DNA of 36,683 bases from Stellaceae bacterium (GTDB taxonomy: Bacteria > Pseudomonadota > Alphaproteobacteria > ATCC43930 > CGMCC-115725), in contig DATMMM010000443.1 of NCBI GenBank assembly GCA_035569735.1, forward strand, positions 1 to 36,683, read 5' to 3'. Made by a program: the position numbers and the translations under genes. Positions 36,501 through 36,683 of the stretch are shown in pieces (position 1 is the stretch's first letter; the number at the start of each line of letters is the position of its first letter). The notes beneath the pieces are model-generated. The model was not told the origin of the DNA. It did not search any database and worked only from the letters and a program-made list of their open reading frames with translations.

Positions 36501-36683
36501 TCACTCCGCGGCTTGCCGGCTCTCCGCATACGCGGTGAGCTTCGGCATCACCTGCTCCGCGAGGAGGCGCATCGATTTCTTGTGCAGCGCCTTGTCGTCC
36601 CAGTCCTTCTGCGTCACCAGCAGAGTGCCGAAATATCCAAGCCGGTCGATCAGTGCCACGAGCTGATCGAGCACGCTTTTCGG
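36501..36683 (-). CDS. C-terminal fragment of an LLM-class flavin-dependent oxidoreductase; 5' end lies outside the window
   Basis: The reverse frame is open to the window edge: …LIDRLGYFGTLLVTQKDWDDKALHKKSMRLLAEQVMPKL…AAE-stop (TGA at 36501-36503). This is not in the supplied ORF track because it has no start in the window. Confidence 0.55.
   Translation of the reverse strand, partial: PKSVLDQLVALIDRLGYFGTLLVTQKDWDDKALHKKSMRLLAEQVMPKLTAYAESRQAAE

Overview
High-GC, densely coding chromosomal segment that looks alphaproteobacterial (Hyphomicrobiales-like; this placement is inference). I support 35 CDS or partial CDS. I recognised no rRNA, tRNA, CRISPR array, IS element or phage gene. Four blocks are visible. 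(1) 0.9-16.3 kb, plus strand: a catabolic island with no transporter or regulator. In order it encodes a cupin, an M24-fold protein whose metal-ligand spacing matches the DddP DMSP-lyase family rather than canonical peptidases, three flavoprotein oxidoreductases (DAO-type, GMC, DadA-like), and a trimethylamine-dehydrogenase-family enzyme with the Cys30 and 4Fe-4S motifs. These are followed by a crotonase, an acyl-CoA ligase, a secreted GlcG-like protein, a 500-aa PLP fold-type-II enzyme, a family-I CoA-transferase A/B pair and an F420-type LLM oxidoreductase. The CoA-transferase A subunit carries one in-frame TAG. (2) 16.3-21.2 kb, minus strand: a complete, translationally coupled coenzyme F420 biosynthesis operon (cofE-cofD-cofC-fbiC). 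It is preceded on the same strand by pxpA and meets the LLM gene in a shared CTAG stop-stop overlap. (3) 22.2-26.9 kb: pxpB-pxpC-GntR transcribed divergently from pxpA, then a stand-alone nitroreductase, an unknown 192-aa protein and an SDR. (4) 26.9-36.7 kb: a xanthine-dehydrogenase-family FAD/2Fe-2S/Moco operon ending in a translationally coupled MoaD/ThiS-like GG protein, a methyltransferase, a DUF1614 membrane protein, an hsp20-lon heat-shock pair with a sigma32-like promoter, a DUF445 protein and a partial LLM gene. The most interesting hypothesis is that block 1 is an undescribed pathway. It would split an onium-propionate (DMSP or a nitrogen analogue) into acrylate plus a volatile amine, with an F420 supply operon abutting it. 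All family calls come from motif recognition by eye; no database search was possible.
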